NCBI GenBank assembly: GCA_963793865.1
Contig: CAWCBP010000009.1
Span: 13,424 to 77,423, forward strand
Source of the DNA: an uncultured delta proteobacterium
GTDB lineage: Bacteria > Desulfobacterota > WTBG01
DNA length: 64,000 nt
Reading direction: 5' to 3'
Position numbers and translations under genes: made by a program. The first letter of the stretch is position 1; each line of letters starts with the position of its first letter. Of this stretch, positions 1-10,722 are shown piece by piece. The notes under the pieces are model-generated. The model searched no databases, was not told the origin of the DNA, and worked only from the letters and a program-made list of their open reading frames with translations.

Positions 1-155
1 TCCAGCCATTCCTTGAAAAAATGGTCAGGCACTTCAATAAAAAGTTCTTTATTTTCAATCTTAAGGAAGGACAGAGGTTTGATCCAGGCGTCATACGCCT
101 GGCTTTCGATTCTTTCATTAAGCAGATCAAGAATTTTTTTCCAAAAACCTTTCAT
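1..155 (-). CDS. dnaA: DnaA-family replication initiator, N-terminal domain I (partial; runs off the window start)
   Basis: Hand translation from ATG at 155: MKGFWKKILDLLNERIESQAYDAWIKPLSFLKIENKELFIEVPDHFFKEWL. This matches the DnaA domain I pattern (W..L..L, WIKPL, I.VP..F..EW). Not in the ORF track because it is open at the edge. Confidence 0.8.
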   Translation of the reverse strand, partial: MKGFWKKILDLLNERIESQAYDAWIKPLSFLKIENKELFIEVPDHFFKEWL

Positions 156-236
156 AAACGACCGGGAGCGGTTGAAGAGTACACAGCTGTTTATAGTATA
201 TGATCCAATTTTTCAAGCAAAAAAATAATTAAACAT

Positions 237-1337
237 TCAAAAGGTCAGCCGCCTCATCCGCACATTAAGCAGCAGGCCGATAATGACCCAGTTGGTGATA
301 AGCGAAGAACCTCCATAGCTGACAAACGGCAGGGGAACTCCGACGATGGGAAAGAGCCCGCAGACCATGCCCACGTTTATGCAAACCTGCCAGAATAAAA
401 TCAGCACCAGCCCGACGGCCAGAAGGGAACCGAGACGATCTCTGGCAAGGGATGCTATTTTGAGACCCTTGGAAATTACCATAAAAAAAAGCAGCAGCAG
501 CAGAACCGAGCCGATAAACCCCCACTCCTCGGCCCACACTGAAAACGCAAAGTCCGTGTGCTGTTCCGGCAGGAAGCGAAGCTGGCTCTGCGTGCCGCTC
601 ATAAAGCCCTTTCCCGACAGCATGCCCGATCCGATGGCAATTTTTGATTGAATTGCCTGGTAGCCGGCGCGCAGGGAATCCTTGTCGGGATTTAAAAAGG
701 TGATGATCCTTTTTTTCTGATACTCTTCCATGAAAAAGAGTGAGCAGGGAAGAAGCGCCAGGCCCGAAACCACCACGGCCGCGATCTGCTTGAGATCCAG
801 CCTGACCAGGAACAGGAAGCTGATGAAAACAATCAGCAAAAGACCCGCGGTGCCCAGGTCCGGCTGAAGAAAAACCAGCAGGAACGTGGCTGCGGTGAGC
901 AGGCCGGGAAGAACCAGTCCCTGCAGGAAACCGGCGGTGGAGGGAGTGCTTCCCGAGAGCGACGAGGCAAGAAATATGACCAGGCTGACTTTGGCAAATT
1001 CGGACGGCTGAAAGGAAAAGGATCCGATCTGGATCCAGCGGTGAGTGCCGGCGGTGGGGCCTCCCCAGAGGAAGCCGACAATGAGCAGGAGCAGGGAGGC
1101 ACCATGCAGCAGATAGCAATTTCTGGCAATGAGCTGGTAGTCGATGGCAACCGTCATAACAAGCACGATGAGGCCGATGAAAAGCCAGTATATCTGTTTG
1201 AGAAAAAAAGGCGCGGGCGATTCGTTCAGGGAGAAAGAACCGGCGCTGTAAATGTTTACAATCCCGAGGCCTGACAGCGCGAGCGCCACCAGCAGCAACC
1301 CCCAGTCGAAGTTTGTCACCAGCCTGCGATCAAACAC
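237..1337 (-). CDS. rodA: Rod shape-determining SEDS glycosyltransferase RodA
   Basis: RWIQIGSFSFQPSEFAK, QPDLGTA, LPEQHTDF and LPFVSYGGSS motifs. Likely GTG start at 1337, just after the mrdA stop. Confidence 0.95.
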   Translation of the reverse strand: MFDRRLVTNFDWGLLLVALALSGLGIVNIYSAGSFSLNESPAPFFLKQIYWLFIGLIVLVMTVAIDYQLIARNCYLLHGASLLLLIVGFLWGGPTAGTHRWIQIGSFSFQPSEFAKVSLVIFLASSLSGSTPSTAGFLQGLVLPGLLTAATFLLVFLQPDLGTAGLLLIVFISFLFLVRLDLKQIAAVVVSGLALLPCSLFFMEEYQKKRIITFLNPDKDSLRAGYQAIQSKIAIGSGMLSGKGFMSGTQSQLRFLPEQHTDFAFSVWAEEWGFIGSVLLLLLFFMVISKGLKIASLARDRLGSLLAVGLVLILFWQVCINVGMVCGLFPIVGVPLPFVSYGGSSLITNWVIIGLLLNVRMRRLTF

Positions 1338-1338
1338 G

Positions 1339-3165
1339 TCATTTCTCCAGATCGAAAAATTTTGAGATAATGGTTTGGGCAATGGGGGCCGCGGCGCTTC
1401 CCCCGTGACCTCCGTGCTCAACGAAGACAACCACGGCTATCCGGGGATCGTCCTTGGAGGCATAGGCCACAAACCAGGCATGATCCTGCAGCTCGCTGTC
1501 CCGGGGTGAGCGGCTGCCCCTGCCGAGATTGATTACCTGCGCCGTTCCCGTCTTGCCGGAAACATCCCTGCCGGGGATGTGCGCCCGGGTGCCCGTTCCG
1601 GAAGGCGTGTTCACAACCTTGTACAGGTACTCCTTCAGATATTCGACGGTTGCCGCTGAAAGCGGAAGCTTCCCCCGAACGCGCTGCGAAGGACCCGTGA
1701 CCACCGTGCGGTCGGCCGTTTCCACCCGTTCGACGAAAAAAGGCTGGTAGAGGGTTCCGCCATTGGCAAGAGCGGCATATGCCATGACCAGCTGCAGCGG
1801 CGTGACCAGATTGGCCCCCTGGCCTATGGCGATGGAGAGGCTTTCACCGCGCTGCCAGGGTATGCCGTATCTGCGCTGGTACCAGCCGGAGTTTGGGATC
1901 AGTCCCTTTTTTTCCTCGCGGAGATTTATCCCGGTAAGGTCACCGAAGCCGAACGCGCGGGCGTAGCGGTAGAGCAGGTCAGGCCCCAGCAGAATGCCCA
2001 GCTGGTAAAAATAGACATCGCAGGACTCAACCATTCCCCGCTCGAGGGCCACGGTCCCGTGCCCTGCTTTCCTCCAGCAGCGGTAGGGCCTGGTGCCGAA
2101 GTTGAGAAAACCGCCGCAGAAGAAGCTGGACTGAGGGGTAATAAGCTTTTCCGACAGGGCGGCCGAGGCGGTAATGAGTTTATAGGTTGAGCCCGGCGGT
2201 TGCATGGTCTGGATGCTGCGATTCATGAGGGGCCGCAGGGGGTTGTTAATCAGCTCGCCCCATTCCTTTGCCGGGATGCTGCGGGAAAAAAGGTTGGGAT
2301 TGAAAGGGGGGCTGCTCGCCATGGCGAGGATGCTCCCACTTCGGGGATCAACGGCCACGATCGCGCCGGTTTTCCCCGCCATCGCTTCTTCCGCCGTCCT
2401 TTGCAGATCGGCGTCAATGGTGAGGATGACGTTGTAGGCGGGTATTGGATCCACGCGGCCCATGATATTGACCTTGTAGCCGGTTGCGTCAACCTCAGCC
2501 TGATATCCGCCGTCCGTACCCTTGAGCTCCCGCTCCATAACCTGCTCGATGCCGGCTTTGCCGATGAATGTGCCCGGCCTGTACCCCTCGAAGGAGGGGA
2601 GCTGCAACTGGCCGGGGCTGATCTCCCCCAGGTGGCCCAGCAGATGGCAGGCGAGGTTATCAAAGGGATAATGGCGGACGGGGGTTGTTTCAACAATAAT
2701 GCCGGGGAGGTCAAGCTTGTGGGTCAGCACCAGCGCAAGCACATCCCTTGATACGTCGCCGAGCAGCCTGACCGATTCATAGGGCGGCCTTCCCCGCGCC
2801 TGCCGTGCCTTCTGCTGCAGGGGGGAGGGATCACACTGTACCAGCGCCGCCAGGTCCTGCAGCACCCGGGCGGGGTCGCTTGTTTCCTGGGGCACCAGGC
2901 AGATGTCGAACGAGGGACGGTTGCCGGCCAGCAACTTTTCTTTTATGTCGAGGATGCAACCCCGCGGTGATTTTATGATTTGCGTCCGAATACGGTTGTT
3001 TTCCGACAGCCTGCGGTAGCTGTCCCCCTCGATGACCTGCAAAAACCAGAGCCGCAGGCTGAGCAGCCCGAAGACAAGCAGGGTGAGAACATATGCAATC
3101 CGTATCCTGGTCTGCACCTTGTGTTCATATGCCAGATCATGCTCTGATCTCACGTGTTTCATCAT
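1339..3165 (-). CDS. mrdA: Penicillin-binding protein 2
   Basis: N-terminal TM helix, PGSTYK (SxxK), SCD and KTGTAQ motifs; mreBCD-mrdA-rodA synteny. Confidence 0.95.
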   Translation of the reverse strand: MMKHVRSEHDLAYEHKVQTRIRIAYVLTLLVFGLLSLRLWFLQVIEGDSYRRLSENNRIRTQIIKSPRGCILDIKEKLLAGNRPSFDICLVPQETSDPARVLQDLAALVQCDPSPLQQKARQARGRPPYESVRLLGDVSRDVLALVLTHKLDLPGIIVETTPVRHYPFDNLACHLLGHLGEISPGQLQLPSFEGYRPGTFIGKAGIEQVMERELKGTDGGYQAEVDATGYKVNIMGRVDPIPAYNVILTIDADLQRTAEEAMAGKTGAIVAVDPRSGSILAMASSPPFNPNLFSRSIPAKEWGELINNPLRPLMNRSIQTMQPPGSTYKLITASAALSEKLITPQSSFFCGGFLNFGTRPYRCWRKAGHGTVALERGMVESCDVYFYQLGILLGPDLLYRYARAFGFGDLTGINLREEKKGLIPNSGWYQRRYGIPWQRGESLSIAIGQGANLVTPLQLVMAYAALANGGTLYQPFFVERVETADRTVVTGPSQRVRGKLPLSAATVEYLKEYLYKVVNTPSGTGTRAHIPGRDVSGKTGTAQVINLGRGSRSPRDSELQDHAWFVAYASKDDPRIAVVVFVEHGGHGGSAAAPIAQTIISKFFDLEK

Positions 3166-3176
3166 GCCTGCCGGGA

Positions 3177-3656
3177 TCAGCGCTCGGGGACGCGCACGGT
3201 TTTGTTGTAGAAATGCAGCAGCGGTATGCTGAGCAGGGTGATAATGCTGCTGTGGAGCAGCGCTGCGGCCAGCAGGGTGTTGAACGAATGGCGGGCGGTC
3301 ACTCCGGATGCGGCCAGGAGCACCATCTCCGCCCCAGCGCTGAGGGAAAAGAGGGTGAGAACCTGCGACAGCATCCGCTCCAGCAAAATGAAACCGGCCA
3401 GGGTCCTGATAATGACAAGTGACAGCAGATTGGTGAGGGAGATCAGCCCCCTCGGGCTGCCGGAAAGTGATTCAAGCACATACCCCAGCAGGTATGCCAG
3501 CAGCCAGCTGCCCGGGGAGTTGCCGTGGAATCCGGCCATGGCAACAATGATAAAAGAGAGGTTGAGCGCCGCCATCTCCGGAAAAAGAAAATTCCAGGGC
3601 AGCGCCTGAAAGAGAATCAAAAGAAGCCCCGTGAACAGTAAAAAGGCATGCTTCAT
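3177..3656 (-). CDS. mreD: Rod shape-determining protein MreD
   Basis: Small hydrophobic multi-TM protein between mreC and mrdA; start assumed at ATG 3656. Confidence 0.75.
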   Translation of the reverse strand: MKHAFLLFTGLLLILFQALPWNFLFPEMAALNLSFIIVAMAGFHGNSPGSWLLAYLLGYVLESLSGSPRGLISLTNLLSLVIIRTLAGFILLERMLSQVLTLFSLSAGAEMVLLAASGVTARHSFNTLLAAALLHSSIITLLSIPLLHFYNKTVRVPER

Positions 3657-3702
3657 GACCGGGCCTAAACGCAGGGCAGCGCGCAATGGTGCAGGTCAAA
3701 GG

Positions 3703-4524
3703 CTAACCGCCGTGGGGAAGGAGAATGGACACCTCTTCTAATTTGTTCAGATTGATGCCGGGCTGCACTTCAACATAGTGAAAGAGGCCAAGGCCGGCTT
3801 TTTCCACCGTGGTGACCGTTCCTATGGCCAGGCCCTTGGGGAAAACACCGCAGAGGCCGGTGGTCACCACCAGGTCCCCCTGCGCGACATCATCGGCGCT
3901 TGATATGAAGGTGAGTTCACACAGCGATGACCCCTTGCCCTGCAGGACGCCGCGGGAACGGGTTCTCTGGACCAGCGCGTCCACCGAACTGTTGATGTCG
4001 GTTATGAGCAGCACCTTTGAGGTGCTGTCGGCCACCTCGATGCACCGGCCCACAACGCCCTGGTGGGTGATGACCGCCTGGTTCTTCCGTACGGCGTCGT
4101 TGCCCCCCTTGTTGATAAGCACCGTATTAAACCATCCGACGGCGTCCCGGCCGATGATTTCCGCGGCAATGAACTGCGCCGGCGACTGCTGCTTGAGCAG
4201 CAGCAGATTTCTCAGGCGGGCATTCTCCAAAGCCAGCTCCGCGTTGCCGACATTCTGCTCCTTCAGCAGAGCCAGCGATTGCCGCAGCTCCCGATTCTCC
4301 TCCTGCACCCGCACCAGCGAGATGTAGCTTTCCCAGCAGGAGCGGGCCCCGCTCAGCAGAAATGAGAAGGCGCGCAACGGGGGCTCATAGACATTCAAGA
4401 CGGTCCTGGTTGCAAGAGAGGTGTCGCTGGTTGCCTTAAGGCTGGATGAATAGCTGATAAGCGCGCAGCCCACGCAAAAAGAGATGACAATGAATCCCTG
4501 GTATTTTTTGAAGAGGGAATACAT
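3703..4524 (-). CDS. mreC: Rod shape-determining protein MreC
   Basis: TM helix plus coiled coil (ENARLRNLL), INKG, GVVG and VFPKGLAIG motifs. Confidence 0.95.
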   Translation of the reverse strand: MYSLFKKYQGFIVISFCVGCALISYSSSLKATSDTSLATRTVLNVYEPPLRAFSFLLSGARSCWESYISLVRVQEENRELRQSLALLKEQNVGNAELALENARLRNLLLLKQQSPAQFIAAEIIGRDAVGWFNTVLINKGGNDAVRKNQAVITHQGVVGRCIEVADSTSKVLLITDINSSVDALVQRTRSRGVLQGKGSSLCELTFISSADDVAQGDLVVTTGLCGVFPKGLAIGTVTTVEKAGLGLFHYVEVQPGINLNKLEEVSILLPHGG

Positions 4525-4547
4525 GGTGGCGAGGGGAGGATATGTTG

Positions 4548-5612
<1,065 letters not shown>

Positions 5613-5857
5613 TCACCCGGTGCGGCGCCTAAAAGCACGGTGCAATTCTTACAAAATTTCATGCGCACAGGCCGCGGCCGCGCGAAAAGGTTCCACAGGG
5701 TGTTTTTCAGCTGCAGATAGTAGCAGAATAAAATTTTTATGCAAGCAAATAATAATCACAAAAGCGCTTGCTTTTTAGGCAATTCTTGGTAGTATACCCT
5801 ACTTGATTTAGGCACAAGCGCGCGCCAACACTTACCCGTGAAAGGAGAAATCATACC

Positions 5858-7756
5858 GTGCTGGGATGGATGCGAAAGCAGACAAGGTCATGGTTCGTCT
5901 ACATCGCCTTTGGTATCATCATCATTGTTTTTGTCTTCTTTTACGGATGGCGGGGAGACCAGGTGGGGGACGAGACCACCGTGGCTGTTGTCAACGGCGA
6001 GAAGCTCACCCGCAAGCAGTATGATCAGGCCTATGAAAACCTGCTGCTCTTCACCAGGAATCTTTCTGAAGACAGGGCCATAACCGAGGAGGAGATAAAG
6101 CAGCTGCGGCAAAAGGCGCTGGACGATATTATCGAGAGGACGGTGATGCTTCAGGAGGCGGCGCGGCTGGGGATTGCCGCCGGGCAGGATGAAATCAGAA
6201 GACAGATAGCCGAGACCCCGGCCTTTCAGCGTGACGGCCGGTTTGACAAGGACCTCTACCTCCGCCAGCTTGCCGCCAACCGCATGAGTCCGGGCGATTA
6301 CGAAAAGGCCATGCAGGCCAGGAGCATCATTGCCAAACTTGTTGACAGCGTCCAGAGTACCGCCAAGCTCTCCGAGGCGGAGCTCTATGAGCTCTACCGT
6401 ATGCAAAATGAGAAGGTAAATCTTGCCTTTCTCAAAATCGAGGCTTCCAGGTATGAGGCATCGGTTGCCGTTACCCAGGAGGATTTGGCCGCATATTATG
6501 AAAAATCCAAAGAAGACTACCGGGTGCCTGAACAGGCACGGGTGAGGCACCTCATGTTTGACCCCGCGGACTATGAGACCGGGATACAGATCGCGCCGGA
6601 GGAGGCGGATCAATTCTACCGGGCCAATATTGACCGCTTTACCCGGGGCGACAGGGTCAAGGCGCGGCACATTCTGATCCCGGTGGATGCGGCGGGCGGC
6701 GCGGGAGCCGAGGAAGCGGCGAGAAAGAAGGCGGAGGAAATCAGAAAGGAGCTGGACGGGGGCAAGGATTTTGCCCAGCTGGCCAGGCAATTTTCCCAGG
6801 ACGCGGTAACGGCGTCCAAGGGCGGCGACCTCGGCTCTGTTGAGCGGGGCCAGATGGTGCCCGGCTTTGATGAGGCGGCATTTTCATTGAAGCCCGGCGA
6901 GCTGAGTGCGCCGGTCAGAACCGTCAAAGGGTACCATATCATCAAGGTGGAGGAGGTGCAGCAGGCAATGACCCAGCCCCTCGAGGCGGTCCGGCAGGTT
7001 ATTGAAGCTGAGCTCCGGCGGGAGAAATCCTCTGAAGCGGCAAAACAGGCGGCACGCCTTGCGGTGACCAGGATCTACCGGGGAGGGAATCTGGTTGATT
7101 ACGCCCGGGAGAACGGATTGAAGCTGACGGAAACCGGGTTGTTTTCCCCGGGGGAACCCATAGAGGGCGTCGGCATCAACAAGGAATGCAGCGATGCCAT
7201 TTTCACCTTGAAAGAGGGAGAGATAACCCCGCCGGTGAGCGCGCAAGGCGGCTATCATGTGTTCCAGCTGATGGAGCGCAGGACTTCATACCTGCCGGGT
7301 TTGGCGGAGGTCAGGGAAAAGGTTGAAAAGCTGGCGCGGAGGGGGAAGGCCGCTGAGGCGGCGAAGGCCGCGGCGGAGGGTTTCTTAAAAGATCTTGCTT
7401 CAGGCGCCGCAACCATGGAAGAGCTTGCGAAACGGGAGGGGTACACCGTGGAAGAAACGGGCCTTTTCAGCAGGCGCGGCGGATTTGTCGGCAAGATAGG
7501 GATTAACGAGGAGATGGCCCGCGACGCCTTTTCATTGACCGCGGCCAAGCCGCATGGTCCCCGCGTGTACGGGGCAGGCGAAAACGTTTTTATCGTCATG
7601 CTCAAGGAAAAGCAGGAGGCCGCACGGGAGGCGTTTCTTGCGGAGCGGGAAAAACAGAGAGAGGCGTTTATGCCCCTCAAACAAAATGAGCGCGTGAAGA
7701 TCTGGCTGGACGGGCTGAAGGCGCGCGCCGCAACCGAAATACTCATGACCTTGTAG
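5858..7756 (+). CDS. ppiD: SurA N-terminal/parvulin peptidyl-prolyl isomerase (PpiD-like)
   Basis: N-terminal TM anchor, SurA_N-like region, and a parvulin domain (ARHILI, FAQLARQFSQD, GGDLG, GYHIIK). Confidence 0.85.
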   Translation: MLGWMRKQTRSWFVYIAFGIIIIVFVFFYGWRGDQVGDETTVAVVNGEKLTRKQYDQAYENLLLFTRNLSEDRAITEEEIKQLRQKALDDIIERTVMLQEAARLGIAAGQDEIRRQIAETPAFQRDGRFDKDLYLRQLAANRMSPGDYEKAMQARSIIAKLVDSVQSTAKLSEAELYELYRMQNEKVNLAFLKIEASRYEASVAVTQEDLAAYYEKSKEDYRVPEQARVRHLMFDPADYETGIQIAPEEADQFYRANIDRFTRGDRVKARHILIPVDAAGGAGAEEAARKKAEEIRKELDGGKDFAQLARQFSQDAVTASKGGDLGSVERGQMVPGFDEAAFSLKPGELSAPVRTVKGYHIIKVEEVQQAMTQPLEAVRQVIEAELRREKSSEAAKQAARLAVTRIYRGGNLVDYARENGLKLTETGLFSPGEPIEGVGINKECSDAIFTLKEGEITPPVSAQGGYHVFQLMERRTSYLPGLAEVREKVEKLARRGKAAEAAKAAAEGFLKDLASGAATMEELAKREGYTVEETGLFSRRGGFVGKIGINEEMARDAFSLTAAKPHGPRVYGAGENVFIVMLKEKQEAAREAFLAEREKQREAFMPLKQNERVKIWLDGLKARAATEILMTL

Positions 7757-7782
7757 CGCGCCGCGAGAGCACCTCACCCGCC

Positions 7783-8280
7783 GTGCCGGGAAGCATGATT
7801 ATGGCTGATGACATACCCCCCTGTCATATTCGCATTGACAAGGAAGGAACCTGGTACTACCAGGGCCTGCCTATTATCAACACCAACATATACCTCTACC
7901 TCAATCAGTGCCTGGGCAGGGATGATTCGGGCAGATATATCCTTTCCATGGGGGAGGAGAGGTGCTATCTGGAGGTCGAAGACACCCCCTTCGTAATTCA
8001 TGAGGTGTACCTGAAGAGCGAGACGGCAGGCAACAAGCCCGCCGTCCTCTGGGTGAAGCTGAGTGACGGTACCGAGGAGGCACTGGAAACCGGTTCGCTC
8101 AGGGTCGCCGCCGATAATGTGGTCTACGGAAGGATCAAGGCTGGCTTCTGCGAGGCGCGTTTTACCAGGGCCGCCTATTATCAGCTCGCCGGCTATTTGC
8201 AGCAGGACCGGAAAGGCTACTATCTTTCCGTTGACGGCGTGAAAACCTACCTTACGCAGATCGAGAGACCCGCCTCATAA
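7783..8280 (+). CDS. Conserved hypothetical protein (DUF1285-like)
   Basis: IRIDKEGTWYYQG, LEVEDTPF and ARFTRAAYYQL pattern. Confidence 0.6.
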   Translation: MPGSMIMADDIPPCHIRIDKEGTWYYQGLPIINTNIYLYLNQCLGRDDSGRYILSMGEERCYLEVEDTPFVIHEVYLKSETAGNKPAVLWVKLSDGTEEALETGSLRVAADNVVYGRIKAGFCEARFTRAAYYQLAGYLQQDRKGYYLSVDGVKTYLTQIERPAS

Positions 8281-8283
8281 CCC

Positions 8284-9621
8284 CTATTTCCCCTTGCTGC
8301 CGTTTCTGTCCCGCCACAGCGCCAGCCGCCGGGAGATGATTTTTTCAAACCCCCGTTCGGTCGGCCGGTAGTACCTTCTTCCTTTGAGCTTGTCGGGTAA
8401 GTACTCCTGGTGCACGTAGGCCTGCGGGTGGTTGTGGGCGTACTGATACCCCTTGCCGTATCCCAGCTCTTTCATGAGCCCCGTCGGGGCGTTTCTGATG
8501 TGCAGCGGCACCGGCAGCGCGCCCTCGCGCCGCACGTCGGCCTCGGCGGCGGCGTAAGCGGTGTAGACGGCATTGCTCTTGGGTGCCGTGGCCAGGTAGA
8601 GCGCTGCCTGGGCAAGCGCCAGCGTGCCCTCGGGAAGCCCTATAAAATGAAATGCCTGCATGGCGGCAAGGGCCACCTGCAGCGCCTGGGGATCGGCGTT
8701 GCCCACGTCCTCCGAGGCGAAGCGAACCATCCTGCGGGCGAGGTAGAGCGGGTCCTCTCCCGCCTCCAGCATTCTTCCCAGCCAGTAGAGGGCCGCGTCC
8801 GGGTCGCTTCCCCGCATGCTTTTATGCAGGGCGGAGATGAGGTTATAGTGCTCTTCGCCGCTTTTGTCGTACAGCAGGGCCTTGTTTTGCAGGGCCTCTT
8901 CCGCCTGGGCGAGGGTGATGGCCGTCTCCGTTCCGCATGCGGAGGAAGTGGAGTGCACCAGCATCTCAAGGGCGTTGAGCGCGACGCGGGCGTCCCCGTG
9001 CGCCGAGCGGGCGATATGCAGCAGCGCATCGGGCTCTATCCTCAGGGGTACGGCCCCCAGGCCGCGCTCCCTGTCGGACAGGGCGCGCCGTAAAATGGTG
9101 AGCAGATCTTCTTCGGCGAGCGCTTTGAGCACCACCACCTGGGAGCGCGAGAGCAGCGGAGAGACCACCTCAAACGAGGGGTTTTCGGTGGTGGCGCCGA
9201 TGAAGATTATGACCCCCTGCTCGATGTGGGGCAAAAAGGCGTCCTGCTGGGCCTTGTTGAACCGGTGTATCTCGTCCACAAAGAGCAGCGTTTTCCTGCT
9301 GCTTAAGCCCCGCCGGGCGCGCGATTCCTCTATCACCTGCTTGATCTCCTTGATGCCGGAGGTCACGGCGCTGAAGGCCATAAAATGGTACGCGGCGGTC
9401 CGGGCGATGATGTTCACCAGGGTTGTTTTGCCGGTACCCGGCGGCCCCCACAGGATCAATGAGCCCACCGTTCCCTGCTCGATCGATGTGCGGAGCAGGG
9501 ATCCTTTTCCCAGGATGTGCTCCTGACCCACAAATTCATCGAGCGAGCGCGGCCTCATGCGATCGGCCAGAGGAGCGTACGGCGTGCCGTGGTCTGAGGG
9601 AGGGCGCTGAAAGAGGTTCAT
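8284..9621 (-). CDS. rarA: Replication-associated recombination protein A (MgsA/RarA AAA+ ATPase)
   Basis: PLADRMRP, GPPGTGKT, DEIHRFNKAQQD, GATTENPSF and SALHKSMRGSD motifs. Confidence 0.97.
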   Translation of the reverse strand: MNLFQRPPSDHGTPYAPLADRMRPRSLDEFVGQEHILGKGSLLRTSIEQGTVGSLILWGPPGTGKTTLVNIIARTAAYHFMAFSAVTSGIKEIKQVIEESRARRGLSSRKTLLFVDEIHRFNKAQQDAFLPHIEQGVIIFIGATTENPSFEVVSPLLSRSQVVVLKALAEEDLLTILRRALSDRERGLGAVPLRIEPDALLHIARSAHGDARVALNALEMLVHSTSSACGTETAITLAQAEEALQNKALLYDKSGEEHYNLISALHKSMRGSDPDAALYWLGRMLEAGEDPLYLARRMVRFASEDVGNADPQALQVALAAMQAFHFIGLPEGTLALAQAALYLATAPKSNAVYTAYAAAEADVRREGALPVPLHIRNAPTGLMKELGYGKGYQYAHNHPQAYVHQEYLPDKLKGRRYYRPTERGFEKIISRRLALWRDRNGSKGK

Positions 9622-9846
9622 ATCCGGTGCGAAAGCAGGTGGTTGTGCTCAATGCCGAGCCGGAGCCGTCAGAAGGCGATGCGGACGATGCTGCATCCGG
9701 GCCCTCTGACATGAGCGCTGCATTGGAACCCTAGCACAGAAACACCCTGTTTTTCAATACCTATTTTGAGATGGACACCACCCGGATTTCATGTTAGAAA
9801 AGGCCTCAGCCGGTCACGATGACCGGAAGTCCGGGGGAGGAGTGAA

Positions 9847-10701
9847 TTGAAAAGCTGCGGCATCATCACCAAGAGAAACAAACCCGAGGCCCTTTCCCTT
9901 GCCCGCGATATTGCGGGGTGGCTTTCCGCGCGCGGCGTGAAAGTCCTCGTCGAAAAGGAGGTTGCGGAACAGATAGGGCATCCCGACCATATCCATCGTG
10001 ACGGGATACCCTCCAGCGCGGACCTGCTCATTGTTTTGGGCGGGGACGGCACGCTTTTGAGCGTGGCGAGGTTAAGCGGGGTGGAATCAATTCCCGTGCT
10101 GGGCATCAACCTGGGCGGGCTGGGCTTTCTCACCGAAATTTCCAAGGAGGAAACCTTCCCGGTCCTGGAGAAGATCCTGGCGGGGGACTTTGAAACAGAG
10201 CAGCGGCTGATGCTCAAGGCCACCATCCTTCGCCGGGGAGAGATTATCGGCGAGAGCACGGTGCTCAACGATATCGTGATCAACAAGGGGGTGCTGGCGC
10301 GCATCATCGATATGGAAACCCATATTGACGGCGCGTATCTGACCACCTTCAAGGCGGACGGCCTTATTCTGGCGACGCCCACGGGCTCAACCGCCTATTC
10401 ACTGGCTGCGGGCGGGCCCATTGTCTACCCCTCGCTCAACTCCATCATTGTGAATCCCATCTGTCCGCACACCATAACCAACCGGCCGCTCGTCGTGCCC
10501 GACACGGCCACGGTGAAGATCATTTTGAAAACCGCAGACCAGAATGTCCATATTACCCTGGACGGTCAGGTGGGAATGCCCCTTCAGGGAGGCGACGTGG
10601 TGGAGGCGCACAAGGCCCCCGGCCACATCCAGCTCATCAGGTCACCCTACAAAACCTACTTTGAACTTTTGAGAAACAAGCTGCGGTGGGGTGAGCGCTG
10701 A
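9847..10701 (+). CDS. nadK: NAD kinase
   Basis: GGDGT, GINLGGLGFL and TPTGSTAYSLAAGGP motifs; adjacent to recN. Confidence 0.96.
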   Translation: MKSCGIITKRNKPEALSLARDIAGWLSARGVKVLVEKEVAEQIGHPDHIHRDGIPSSADLLIVLGGDGTLLSVARLSGVESIPVLGINLGGLGFLTEISKEETFPVLEKILAGDFETEQRLMLKATILRRGEIIGESTVLNDIVINKGVLARIIDMETHIDGAYLTTFKADGLILATPTGSTAYSLAAGGPIVYPSLNSIIVNPICPHTITNRPLVVPDTATVKIILKTADQNVHITLDGQVGMPLQGGDVVEAHKAPGHIQLIRSPYKTYFELLRNKLRWGER

Positions 10702-10722
10702 GGTTCCTGCCGGTGGTCCCTT

